Shown here piece by piece: positions 38,648-48,124 of a stretch of 64,000 bases of DNA. Below the pieces are notes generated by a model, which saw nothing but the letters and a program-made list of their open reading frames with translations, was not told the origin of the DNA and made no database searches. The DNA is from Squalus acanthias (Eukaryota). The stretch covers positions 53,446,001 through 53,510,000 of the forward strand of contig CM059432.1 in NCBI GenBank assembly GCA_030390025.1, written 5' to 3'. The position numbers and the translations under genes are program-made. How positions within the stretch are numbered: the stretch's first letter is position 1; every line of letters begins with the position of its first letter.

Positions 38648-41600
38648 TTAAATTCTGAGAAGGCTGCTGCGAGCTCTTCCCGACGGTGGGAGGGCACTGA
38701 CCCTTCCCTCTGATCTGCCGCAGCCTGTTGCTGCGCTGACCCTTTCCTCTGATCTGCCGCAGCCTGTTACTGCTGCGATGTGGCCTGTCTCTACCCGGGT
38801 TATCTTAACCTGAATTTTACGCCTTGGGGCTGTCTGGGGACATGACCACATCCTCCTGGGCTGGGGTTCTCTACTAGACCTACGGGGAGTTGCTATGGGC
38901 GGGGGTTCCGTGACGGACGGACCGGGTTCCGAGACCTCCAACGGGATGACCTGGGGTTCCATCACAGTCGCCGGCTCCGCCTCCGCTGACTCCGCCTCCC
39001 TAACCTCGGGGCTGGTAGTTCGTGGCTCCGCCCTGCTCGGCCCAGCAGGCGGCCCTTCACTCGTGATCTCTGCCTCCCCTGAGGACTGGACGTTCAAAGC
39101 GGGCGGCCACATCTCTGGGAACCACATTGGTACTCTCTGTGCTCCTATAGCGGCTGGCCCTGCCTCCTCTAGCTCCTCCCTCCTGTCCTCGGGACCTGCA
39201 GCTTGTGTGTCCACCCCGTGTGGATCTCTACCTATCGGCCCCATTCCCCCCAGACCGTTCCTCAGGAACCACCCGTCATCATCACTATGCTCATCTGCAC
39301 TATCCTCAACTGACCAGGGTACCCTGGGTTCTTCGTCATCTAACCCCCAACTCCAGAAAAACGCTGCATGATCGTCCGGGATGTCCCTTCCCCTGATGCA
39401 AGCTGCTACGCCTGCCTGTGTGCCTTGTGGTCCTACCTGGGGCTGTGTTTTCCCATTGGCGGGATTTACCCCTGTAGTTTTCCCCTGCGCACCCGGCTGG
39501 TACAGTTTGCATTGGTTTATGTGGAACCACTTAGTGCGCCGAGGCACTTTTACGGCGTAAACCATGGGACTCGCCTTGTCTACAATGTTGTAGGGTCCCA
39601 TATACAGTGGTTCCAGACTCCCTACTCTGGCGTAGTTTCTGACCATGACCTGGTCTCCTACTTCCCACTCCCGCGTTTTGCGGGGTTCCAGCAACAAGCG
39701 ATTGCCCTGATGCTGCCTTCCCATGTTCCCAGCCGCCTGCTCATAAACTTGCTTCAGGCGCTCCAAGAGATTTTGGGCGAACTTGTCCCTGCTGATCTCT
39801 TGAAGCTGACCCTCAGTGAGCACCGGGGCTAGCACATGGGTGGGGGTTCGCATGAGCCTGCCGGTCATTACCTCGTGCGGGGAGTACCCCGTACTTTTTG
39901 ACTGACTGGCCCGGACCCCCATGAGGACTAAAGGCAGAACTTCCGCCCATTTTTGGGGCGAGTTCCTAGTCTCTTTCCTCAATTTCTCCTTCAGGGTCCG
40001 GTTCATACGTTCAACAATCCCGGATGACTGGGGATTGTGCGCTACGTGCCACTTCCCTTCAATGCCCAAAAGCATGAGGGTGTTCTGCATCACCTGGCCG
40101 GTGAAATGACTCCCTTGGTCTGACTCCACGAAACGGGGGAGTCCCCACCGCGAGAACACTTCCCGGACCAAGATTTTTGCTGTACCCAGTGCCGTAGCGG
40201 TTCGACAAGGGAAGGCTTCCACCCACTTGGAAAACACATCTACCAGGACGAGGCAGTATTTATAACCTCCCTGGGTGGTGGGCAGGGGTCCTATATAGTC
40301 GATCTGTATCGACTGCCATGGTCCCTCTACCCTTCTTACGTGTCCCATGGGCACCTTCCTTTTCTGGGGGTCTGGGTTGTTTGCAGCGCACACAAGACAG
40401 TTTGCACAGAACTCGCGGACTTGTTCCCTGAGCCCCGGCCACCATCCCGCTTGCTCTACCCGTTGCCAGGCAACCTCGGGCCCGGGGTGCCCTGCCCCTG
40501 GTCCCTCGTGAGCCAACTGGAGGAATTCCCTCCTGTGCTGCTGCGGCACAACCCACTGCTCCCCGCGGAACAGCATGCCTTCCTTAACTGAGAGGGTTGC
40601 CGTACTGTACGGACCTTCTACCTGCCTCCCCTCAGCAATCGTTTTTAGGACTGCTTTTAGGGCGGGATCCTGGGCTTGGACGGTCTTAAGGTCTAGGGGC
40701 AATGCTACCCTGGTGTTCCCGGTATTCCCGTCCCCGCCTCGGACCGCTGCTATGGGTCCGGTCCTATAGGGGTTCCAGAAAGTGCCGTCGCGGGCACCCT
40801 CCCTGGCTAGCGCATCCGCCTGCCGGTTGCCCTCCCCACGGGGCTCTGTGGAGGAGTGAGCTTTCACCTTATGGATGAAAATCTCCCCTTCCTCCCCTAC
40901 TGCTGCTGCTAAGATCTTTTCCAGCAAGGGCTTCACCGTTAAAGGTCGCCCGTCCGCGGAGGTGTATCCGCGGCGGGACCAAATGGCCAGGTATTCCGTA
41001 CACGAATTGCAGGTGAACATACTGTCCGAGCAAATCGTGTATGGGGTTGGGAAAATGTCTGGGTGGGTCACCACGTACACCACGGCAGACAGCTCAGCCT
41101 GCTGCGCGCTCATGGTGCTAGGGAGCTTGATCGCCAGGGCAAGGTCTGCCGCAGGGTCATAAACTCCACACCCTGTGAGTCGCTCGCCAGCAGACACTGT
41201 GCTAGACCCATCAACATAAATCTCGCGCCCAGTGGGATGTATCCCGGCCCGTAAACCTATGTTGACGTCCCACACCCCTTCCACCGAACACCGGTGGGCT
41301 GTACCGGGGTATACCAAATTGGCCGCAAGCCTGGGCTCGCAAAGACCTTTTACTCTAAGATCCAACTGGGAGAGAAGAAGGGTCCAACGCGCAATGCGTG
41401 CGCTGCTTACGGTCCCGTCTTTAATCCTCCCATCCAGAAGCATCTTAGTTGGTGTGTGATGTGTGAGGAGAGTGATGGGAGAGAGCCCTGTGAAGATCGC
41501 TGATCTTTTCACAGCCCAATGCGTGGCTAAAAGGTGCCTTTCGCAATTGGAGAAACTTCTCTCCACATCCGTTAATACCCTGGATGAATAGACAACCGGC

Positions 41601-43171
41601 CTCAGCTTGCCGTGACGCTCTTGGAGCAGCACGGCGCTTAAGCTGTCTCCGCTGGCAGCTACCTCCAGGAAAAACTCCTTCCCCCCATCTATGGCCCCTA
41701 AGGCTGGCACGGTCTGCAGATCCCTTTTTAACTTCTCGAAGGCTGCTTGGCAGCCCTCGTCCCAAAGCCACTCCGCCCCCTTATGGAGGAGTCGGAGGAG
41801 CGGCGCCGCTGTGGCCGCATAATCTTCGATAAAATCCCTGCAGTAACCGGTCAGTCCCAAGAAGGACCTCACACCCCTTACGTTGTTGGGAATCGGTAAT
41901 TCTTGCACCGACTCCCTCCTTGCTTTGTCTATGGCTCTTTCCCCAGCGCGTAGGGTCAGTCCCAGGAATTTTACTTCCTGCTGACCGATACGTGCTTTCT
42001 TTGGGTTTACTTTGAAACCCTTTCTCGCTAACAGCTCCAATAACTCGTCCAGTAGTGGTCCATGCTCCTCCCTTGAGTCCGTAAATAGGAGCAAATCATC
42101 CACATACTGTACTATCTGATTGGGCTGACTAAACTCCTTTAAACTTCCTGCCATACACTGATGAAAAATACTGGGGCTATTGTGGAAACCCTGTGGCAAA
42201 CAGTTCCACGTGTACTGTTGCCCTTTAAACGTAAAGGCAAACTTGTACTGGTCCTCTCGCCGCAGCGGGATGGACCAAAAACCGTTCGAGATATCCAGCA
42301 CCGTGAACGTGGTCGCGGACGCTGGGATGCTCCCTATTAGGTCAGCAACTGCTGCTACTGTGGGCGCGCAGGCGGGAATGTTACTGTTAAGGACTCTGTA
42401 GTCCACCGTGGCTCTCCACGAATTATCCGGCTTCCTAACCGGCCATAATGGGGAGTTCACGTGTGTGGCTATCGGCCTCAACACGCCCTGCTGCACCAAG
42501 GAAGACATTGCTGTCTCCATATCGGGTTCGGCTTCTTTGGGGAAGTTATACTGCTTTTGGGGTCGGGTCATGGGGTCCCCATCTACGCTGACCTCAAACC
42601 CGACCACCCTCCCACAATCGTGCTTGTGGGTTGCAAACGCGTGCATATTATCTGACACGTACGTTTGCATGTCCGTTGGGACATCTGCGACCATAAGCCT
42701 GAGGTCGTAGCCTCCGGATGGCTGTACGGTACACAGGACCCCTGTTTCTTCCTCCCCCGGAATCACCATTACCTCGCCTTTTTCACCCTTAGCCCCCCAG
42801 AGACAGTGATTTCTGAGGTCCACGAGGATCCCGTGTCCCGCTAGGAGATCGGACCCGAGAATACCTCTTCCACCCCCCTTTTGCCATGCCATCAGTATAC
42901 ACTTCCACTTAAGGCGAAGTGTTCCTAAACGAATGGATAGCGGGAGGGAAAACGTGCCAGCCTGTTCTTTCCCTGTGAACCCTGCCAGCGTGAATGGGAC
43001 CTTGGTAGATAGCGGCGAGTCAAAAGGGTTATCCGTATGGATTATGGTGCAAGAAGCTCCCGTGTCCAACAAATAACTGCCCTTCTGTTTCTCTACCTCC
43101 ATCTCCACCACAGGTCGCCTCCACGCATCATAGCTGAGCGGACACAGGTAGACGGGCTGTGCTGGTTCTAG
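38648..43171 (-). CDS. pol: Pol: protease, RT, tether RNase H, RNase H, integrase (HHCC, DDE, GPY/F) and C-terminal extension
   Basis: LLDTGAS; LPQG...YVDD; YVDGS/AEL/SDS/GNRQAD; H-H-C-C zinc finger, IDYIG, SDQG, VERMN, GPY. Intact frame continuous with the gag stop. Confidence 0.95.
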   Translation of the reverse strand, partial: LEPAQPVYLCPLSYDAWRRPVVEMEVEKQKGSYLLDTGASCTIIHTDNPFDSPLSTKVPFTLAGFTGKEQAGTFSLPLSIRLGTLRLKWKCILMAWQKGGGRGILGSDLLAGHGILVDLRNHCLWGAKGEKGEVMVIPGEEETGVLCTVQPSGGYDLRLMVADVPTDMQTYVSDNMHAFATHKHDCGRVVGFEVSVDGDPMTRPQKQYNFPKEAEPDMETAMSSLVQQGVLRPIATHVNSPLWPVRKPDNSWRATVDYRVLNSNIPACAPTVAAVADLIGSIPASATTFTVLDISNGFWSIPLRREDQYKFAFTFKGQQYTWNCLPQGFHNSPSIFHQCMAGSLKEFSQPNQIVQYVDDLLLFTDSREEHGPLLDELLELLARKGFKVNPKKARIGQQEVKFLGLTLRAGERAIDKARRESVQELPIPNNVRGVRSFLGLTGYCRDFIEDYAATAAPLLRLLHKGAEWLWDEGCQAAFEKLKRDLQTVPALGAIDGGKEFFLEVAASGDSLSAVLLQERHGKLRPVVYSSRVLTDVERSFSNCERHLLATHWAVKRSAIFTGLSPITLLTHHTPTKMLLDGRIKDGTVSSARIARWTLLLSQLDLRVKGLCEPRLAANLVYPGTAHRCSVEGVWDVNIGLRAGIHPTGREIYVDGSSTVSAGERLTGCGVYDPAADLALAIKLPSTMSAQQAELSAVVYVVTHPDIFPTPYTICSDSMFTCNSCTEYLAIWSRRGYTSADGRPLTVKPLLEKILAAAVGEEGEIFIHKVKAHSSTEPRGEGNRQADALAREGARDGTFWNPYRTGPIAAVRGGDGNTGNTRVALPLDLKTVQAQDPALKAVLKTIAEGRQVEGPYSTATLSVKEGMLFRGEQWVVPQQHRREFLQLAHEGPGAGHPGPEVAWQRVEQAGWWPGLREQVREFCANCLVCAANNPDPQKRKVPMGHVRRVEGPWQSIQIDYIGPLPTTQGGYKYCLVLVDVFSKWVEAFPCRTATALGTAKILVREVFSRWGLPRFVESDQGSHFTGQVMQNTLMLLGIEGKWHVAHNPQSSGIVERMNRTLKEKLRKETRNSPQKWAEVLPLVLMGVRASQSKSTGYSPHEVMTGRLMRTPTHVLAPVLTEGQLQEISRDKFAQNLLERLKQVYEQAAGNMGRQHQGNRLLLEPRKTREWEVGDQVMVRNYARVGSLEPLYMGPYNIVDKASPMVYAVKVPRRTKWFHINQCKLYQPGAQGKTTGVNPANGKTQPQVGPQGTQAGVAACIRGRDIPDDHAAFFWSWGLDDEEPRVPWSVEDSADEHSDDDGWFLRNGLGGMGPIGRDPHGVDTQAAGPEDRREELEEAGPAAIGAQRVPMWFPEMWPPALNVQSSGEAEITSEGPPAGPSRAEPRTTSPEVREAESAEAEPATVMEPQVIPLEVSEPGPSVTEPPPIATPRRSSREPQPRRMWSCPQTAPRRKIQVKITRVETGHIAAVTGCGRSEERVSAATGCGRSEGRVSALPPSGRARSSLLRI

Positions 43172-44982
43172 TCATGGGGCACTATTAGACGGTCCTGCGG
43201 CACCTACGGGGCCGGTTGCGACCGCCACCTGTCCACGCGCATTCAAAACCATCTTGCGCATGGCTCCTAACACTGCTTCGAGGTCGTCGGGAGGGGTGGG
43301 TGCCTTTGCTTCCTTAGGCGGGACAGGCGCCTGGGCTCGGACCGCGGGATTTTTATCCTTGGAATCCTTCCAAGGGTTCCTGCAGTGCTTGCGCCAGTGC
43401 CCTGTCTTCCCACACCCGTAACAGGCATTACTTGCCTGTGGGGCGCGATTACCCTCCTGATGCCACTCTCTTTGAGCCGGGGCTGCGGGTCGTACCTCAT
43501 GTACTCTTCCCTTAAAGGGACGTGTCGTCATACCCCTTATGTTACGATAACCTAACGTGAGTCGATTCAAGACCGACTCTTCCGTAAGGTTGAGGTCATT
43601 GGGATCGAACCAGGCTTTTGCCTGCTCTCTAACGGCTGGTAAACTGTTGGCTATTATGCACCTAAGCCAATGAATTAGAGCGGCGCCTTCCACATCTTCG
43701 CGCTCGGGCGCACCTAGACAGCTGCGCTCATATACTGGCCACAGCCTGTCGGCAAAAACCTTCGGGGGTTCTCCCTCCATCTGCACTGTCTGTCCCACTC
43801 TAGCAAACGGACCTCCGTCGTTCGCCCCCACTACTTCGAGGACCTCATTTTTCAATTCCTCATAACTTTTGTTTCCCCTCTTGCTCTCGCCTGAGAGACA
43901 CTGAAGGACCGAGCTATCTAACGAGAACAGCAGCATTTTTGCTGTCTCCCCATCATCGCAGCCGTTAATGGCTGCGGCTTGCTCAACTTCCCTGAAATGT
44001 ACGGAAGGGTCGTCTATCTCGGTCAGCTTCCTTACGTGGTTTATCATAGCTCTCAGCTGATGTGAACTGTGAGGCAACACCAGCTGTCCGAGGAGATCCC
44101 CCGGTTCTTCCCCACCGTTTCTGCTTGGGCCCCTTTTAATCCCCGTTACTGGATACAACGATCCCTTTTCTACCTCCTTTTTAATGGGCTCTTTTGTTTC
44201 TTCCGTTGCTTCCTCCCTAACCCAGGTTTCTGAATAGCTGGGTGGCGCGGAGGGCGCAGTGGCTACTACTTCTTCTGCTTTACTTGGTGGGGAATTTCTA
44301 AATCTCTCATTTACTAGCGGCTGGTGCGCCGACGGATTGATAAGGCACACCATGCCGTTCGCATTATTCACGGCCTTTTTGAGGCTCTCTATCTCCCTTT
44401 GGCAGGCGCTATGGTCGGCTCCCTGAAACTTATCCTCAAGGGCCAACTTATACGCCGACCTAACCCCCATTAAGCTCTCTTCTTGAGTTCTTATCTGGGC
44501 AGCTTGGCGGTTACATCTTTCCTTTAACCTACTCTCATTCAATTTTGCTTCAGTGACCTGGCACTCGAGATACTCTATCCTTGTTTTAAGGTAACTGGAG
44601 ACTTCCTGGCTTTCCTGGTGTAACTCATTTAAATTCTTAATGAGCACCTCCCCTCAGAAACCTTCTCCTCCATTTCTCCCTCTAAATGGCTGACACGAGC
44701 TGTTAGCGCTGTAATGGTCTGGTTTGAAATCTGAACCTGCCTTTTGTAGCACATAAGCCAGACTGCTTTCTCAACTGCCTTTTTATGTTCCTTACTATCA
44801 GTCCACCTTTCAGCTGCCTCTAGTGGGCTCTTATCCGCTAACAATTCACTTATCCACTTCTTAGTTAGATTAACCTTTCCAAACACATAATCCGCTATCT
44901 TTTCCTGCATAACATTTCGTACAGTCATTCCAAAATCTAACACACTACCCTCTCGCTGCCAGTGTCCTGCCGCGGTCGCCAT
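43172..44982 (-). CDS. gag: Gag with N-terminal coiled coil, PSAPPSY late domain and one CCHC zinc knuckle; single 1-nt frameshift at ~44650
   Basis: ORFs 44629-44982 and 43172-44647; CYGCGKTGHWRKHC at 43382-43423; homology to the gag at 13665. Confidence 0.9.
44964..44981 (-). promoter_or_regulatory. Primer-binding site, tRNA-Arg(TCG) type
   Basis: TGGCGACCGCGGCAGGAC is complementary to the vertebrate tRNA-Arg(TCG) 3' end GTCCTGCCGCGGTCG-CCA, as I recall that sequence. Confidence 0.85.
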
Positions 44983-44986
44983 TTTC

Positions 44987-46694
44987 TGTAAGGGATTCCC
45001 CTGACCCTGCGTGTCTCGTAGCCTGTGAGATTCACGCGGCTCTGTGCAGCCTGTATGTCAGTGCGGGTCTAGGCCTGGTTGCCTGTTCTGGTCTCCAGCC
45101 AGTCTGGGAACACTAGACACACCTGTGAGTGGTTCGAATCACTCTCCCTTACGGTTCTAGACACTGGACTTAGATGCGAGAGCAGTAATGGAGATAAAAC
45201 TCATGTAGACTTGGTTTGAATGGTACGAAATGGAAAATCTTTATTGCATGATACTTAAAATTATGAAATACATGTCATAAGCACAGATTAATGACAGTAC
45301 AATCTTACAAACGGTTATATAATCGATCTTAGGGAAACGAGGAACGAACGGCACAACGTAAATAGGGGCACACATTACAAATATCCTTAATCTTTAAACC
45401 CTCCCCTATCAATATCTATCCTAAACTAGCTTCGTAGGATCTCGAGACTCATGCTCACCACTCGTGATAACTCGGAGAAATTCCGAATAGCTGATCGGAT
45501 GTTTTTCACCGCAGCACCCACGTGTCGGTCAGGAGATCTCCTGGTCCCACTTGTTTACTTGCTTCTGCTGCTCCGGCTAGTAGGCTGGACCGTCTGCTGT
45601 GGTGAAGACCTCTGTTGGTGGGTTTCACAGTTTAGTCTTGGAGCACCGTTGTCAATATCATTGATACGATGTGTTTTCCACGTTCCAACCTCCTTAGAAG
45701 TTTAAAGAGGAAAACTTCCTGGCGAGAAAACTTGGCTGATCGACCTACAGGCGCGGTCGGGATTTACTGACCGTGGCGATGGATATGGTCTTCTTCTCTT
45801 CTCCTCTCATCTCATCTCATCTCGGGCCTTTGGTTCCGCTGCCAGTTACCAACATAGGTCTTCGTTACGCGACACGAGGTAGATCCGTACGGATCAGAAA
45901 GTTCAACAGTCTTTTCAGAAGAGGCAACAGGCACGCAGAAACCCAACTACGAGTACACAGGAGCAGCTACGAGGTTACGAATCGACCGGATAAAACACAG
46001 GAGCAAGCGAGCGAACGCAGGAGCACGAACAAGAGCACGAGGCCAGAGGCAAGAGACAAGAGAGCGAATGGACGGTTCGGGGCCTGCAATTATAGTGCAA
46101 AAATCTTCCGTTTCCCGCCCAACTATAATGTCCATTCTTTTGTTTAGGGTTTGGCGCCCAAATGTCTTGTATGGGTGATCTCCGTTCTTAATGGGTTTCG
46201 GGCTACTCATGAATGTTTGAGTACCTGTTAATACTTCTCCCATTGTTAAATCGGTCGGTGTTCTCCCTGGAGGGGTTTGGGGCTTCCAAGTGTCCTGTAT
46301 AACTACCTGCTAACGGCTCTCTCATCGTAGAGTCGTTGGGAGTTTACATATTAATGTCCTTTGGATGGGCCCTTGATTACTCGGTACAATGGCTTTCCTT
46401 TGTACCTGGGAGACCGATTCCAGTATCTATGTTTATACTGTAAACCCATAATGTCTCGTGTATTATCCTCACTGTGCTGAATCGTTATCGATCTTGCACA
46501 AATGTTTAATGGAACGCCATCTTGTCTGCCTGTTGAAAAGTCTAGAATGTTCTGTCACGAGGTGCGGCGGCCATTTTACAGGCTGCTTGTGTCCAATTTA
46601 AACCTGCCAGCATTCTGCTGAAATAAAAGCTGTTTGAACGAAACTTTGTGTTTTCTCCTTATTAATCAAATCGCGATATATTGCGAATTCTACA
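44987..46694 (-). repeat. 5' LTR (TATA ~46094-46089, splice donor 45458, AATAAA 45245-45240)
   Basis: Direct repeat of 33876-35583; TGTAG...TTACA termini on the minus strand. Confidence 0.97.
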
Positions 46695-47235
46695 GGCAGA
46701 ATTAGAGGAGCGCAGATATCTCGGGGGATTGTGGGGCTGAAGGAGATTAAAGAGATAGGAAGGGGCGAGGCCATGGAGGGATTTGAAAACAAGGATGAGA
46801 ATTTTGAAATCGAGGCGCTACTTAACCGGGAGCCAATGTAGGTCAGCGAGCACAGGAGTGATGGGTGAACGGGACTTGGTGTGAGTTAGGACATGGGCAG
46901 CCAAGTTTTGGATGACCTCAAGTTTATGTAGGGTAGAATGTGAGAGGCCAGCCAGGAGTGCATTGAAATAGTCAAGTCTAGAGGTAACAAAGGCATGGAT
47001 GAGGGTTTCAGCAGCGGATGAGCTGAGGCAAGGGCGGAGATGGGCGATGTTACGGTGGTGGAAATAGGCGGTCTTTGTTATGCTGCGGATATCTGGTCGG
47101 TAGCTCATCTCAGGGTTAAATATGACACCAAGTTTGTGAACAGTATGGTTCAGCCTCAGACAGATGTTAGGGAGAGGGATGGAGTCAGAGGCTAGGGAAT
47201 GGAGTTTGTGCCGGGGATCAAAAACAATAGCTTTG

Positions 47236-48124
47236 GGGGGAAAAATTCAGTTGGTTGTGCCTCCCGTTAGCGCGTTAAGAGGGCGCTAATTGGGCGCAAA
47301 GCAACTAGCGCCCGGGCGCGGCGATGTTTGCACAGCTCACAAAATTTACTAGACATTTTGCGGCGGCGCTAAACAGTACCGCCACGATCTCCTGCGCCGG
47401 CAGATCGTGACGTCAGTTGAGTGCGCAACGCCCCTGTAGCACCCCGGAGCGGATATTGAGTGGCGCCCCCTGCCTTACCGCCTGACGCTAACAACGACAG
47501 GTTGAGGGGAGCGTTTTGCAGTCAGGAAGGGACTGGGGGAGCGCTATTTAAAGGCGACCGCTTCCTGCCTTTTTTTGTTGGCGACATTTTTGAACCACGC
47601 ATTCTGAGAGAGAGAGAGACTTCTGGAGAGATTCAACGCTGTGTGAAGGAGTTTTGGGTACTGAGCAGCACTTTGCAGGTTCATTTTGATTTGCCCTTCC
47701 TTGTATCGATTTAGAAGAGAATGTGGGGGCTGCACTCTGAGATCTTTCCCTGGGCCTCTCCATTGTTCTTTCCAGCAGATTTGATGTACAGGTCTCTCCA
47801 GGCCGAGATTCAAGGCTGCAATGAGCAGGATGTGGATGGAAAGCAAGATCAACCCTCCCCTTTAAGAACTGGCCGGGACCATTGTGTCTGTGTTCCATTG
47901 CTGACTGACATCACATGAGCTTCGCCAGCGCTCTGAGTTAGCGCCTCACTCCTCAGCCTTTGCGCCTTAAGACAGATGTGTAGCACCTGATTTAGCGCTC
48001 CAATCACCTCCAGGGGCGATAAAAGTCAAGTTTGCAGTCAGAGGCGATAATTAGCGCCAGGCGCTAATCTTTGCGCACAGCCGATAATTGCGCCCCAAAC
48101 GGGGCGATACTGAATTTTTCCCCC
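47236..48124. mobile_element. Non-autonomous Harbinger element inserted in L2
   Basis: 15-bp TIR GGGGGAAAAATTCAG/CTGAATTTTTCCCCC; 3-bp TSD TTG (47233-47235 and 48125-48127). Confidence 0.85.

Larger units (their letters stand above)
33876..46694 (-). mobile_element. Full-length endogenous retrovirus-like provirus (lokiretrovirus-like): LTR-gag-pol-env-LTR
   Basis: Two 1708-bp LTRs with TG...CA ends, TSD GGCA (33872-33875 and 46695-46698), PBS, PPT and three genes. Confidence 0.95.

Noticed and set aside
44629..44660. Programmed ribosomal frameshift within gag
   Set aside because: No canonical slippery heptamer, and the homologous old gag is continuous through this point.
45131..45141. GGTTCGAATC read as a tRNA gene or Pol III B box
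   Set aside because: No cloverleaf or A box; better explained by the conserved palindromic hairpin.
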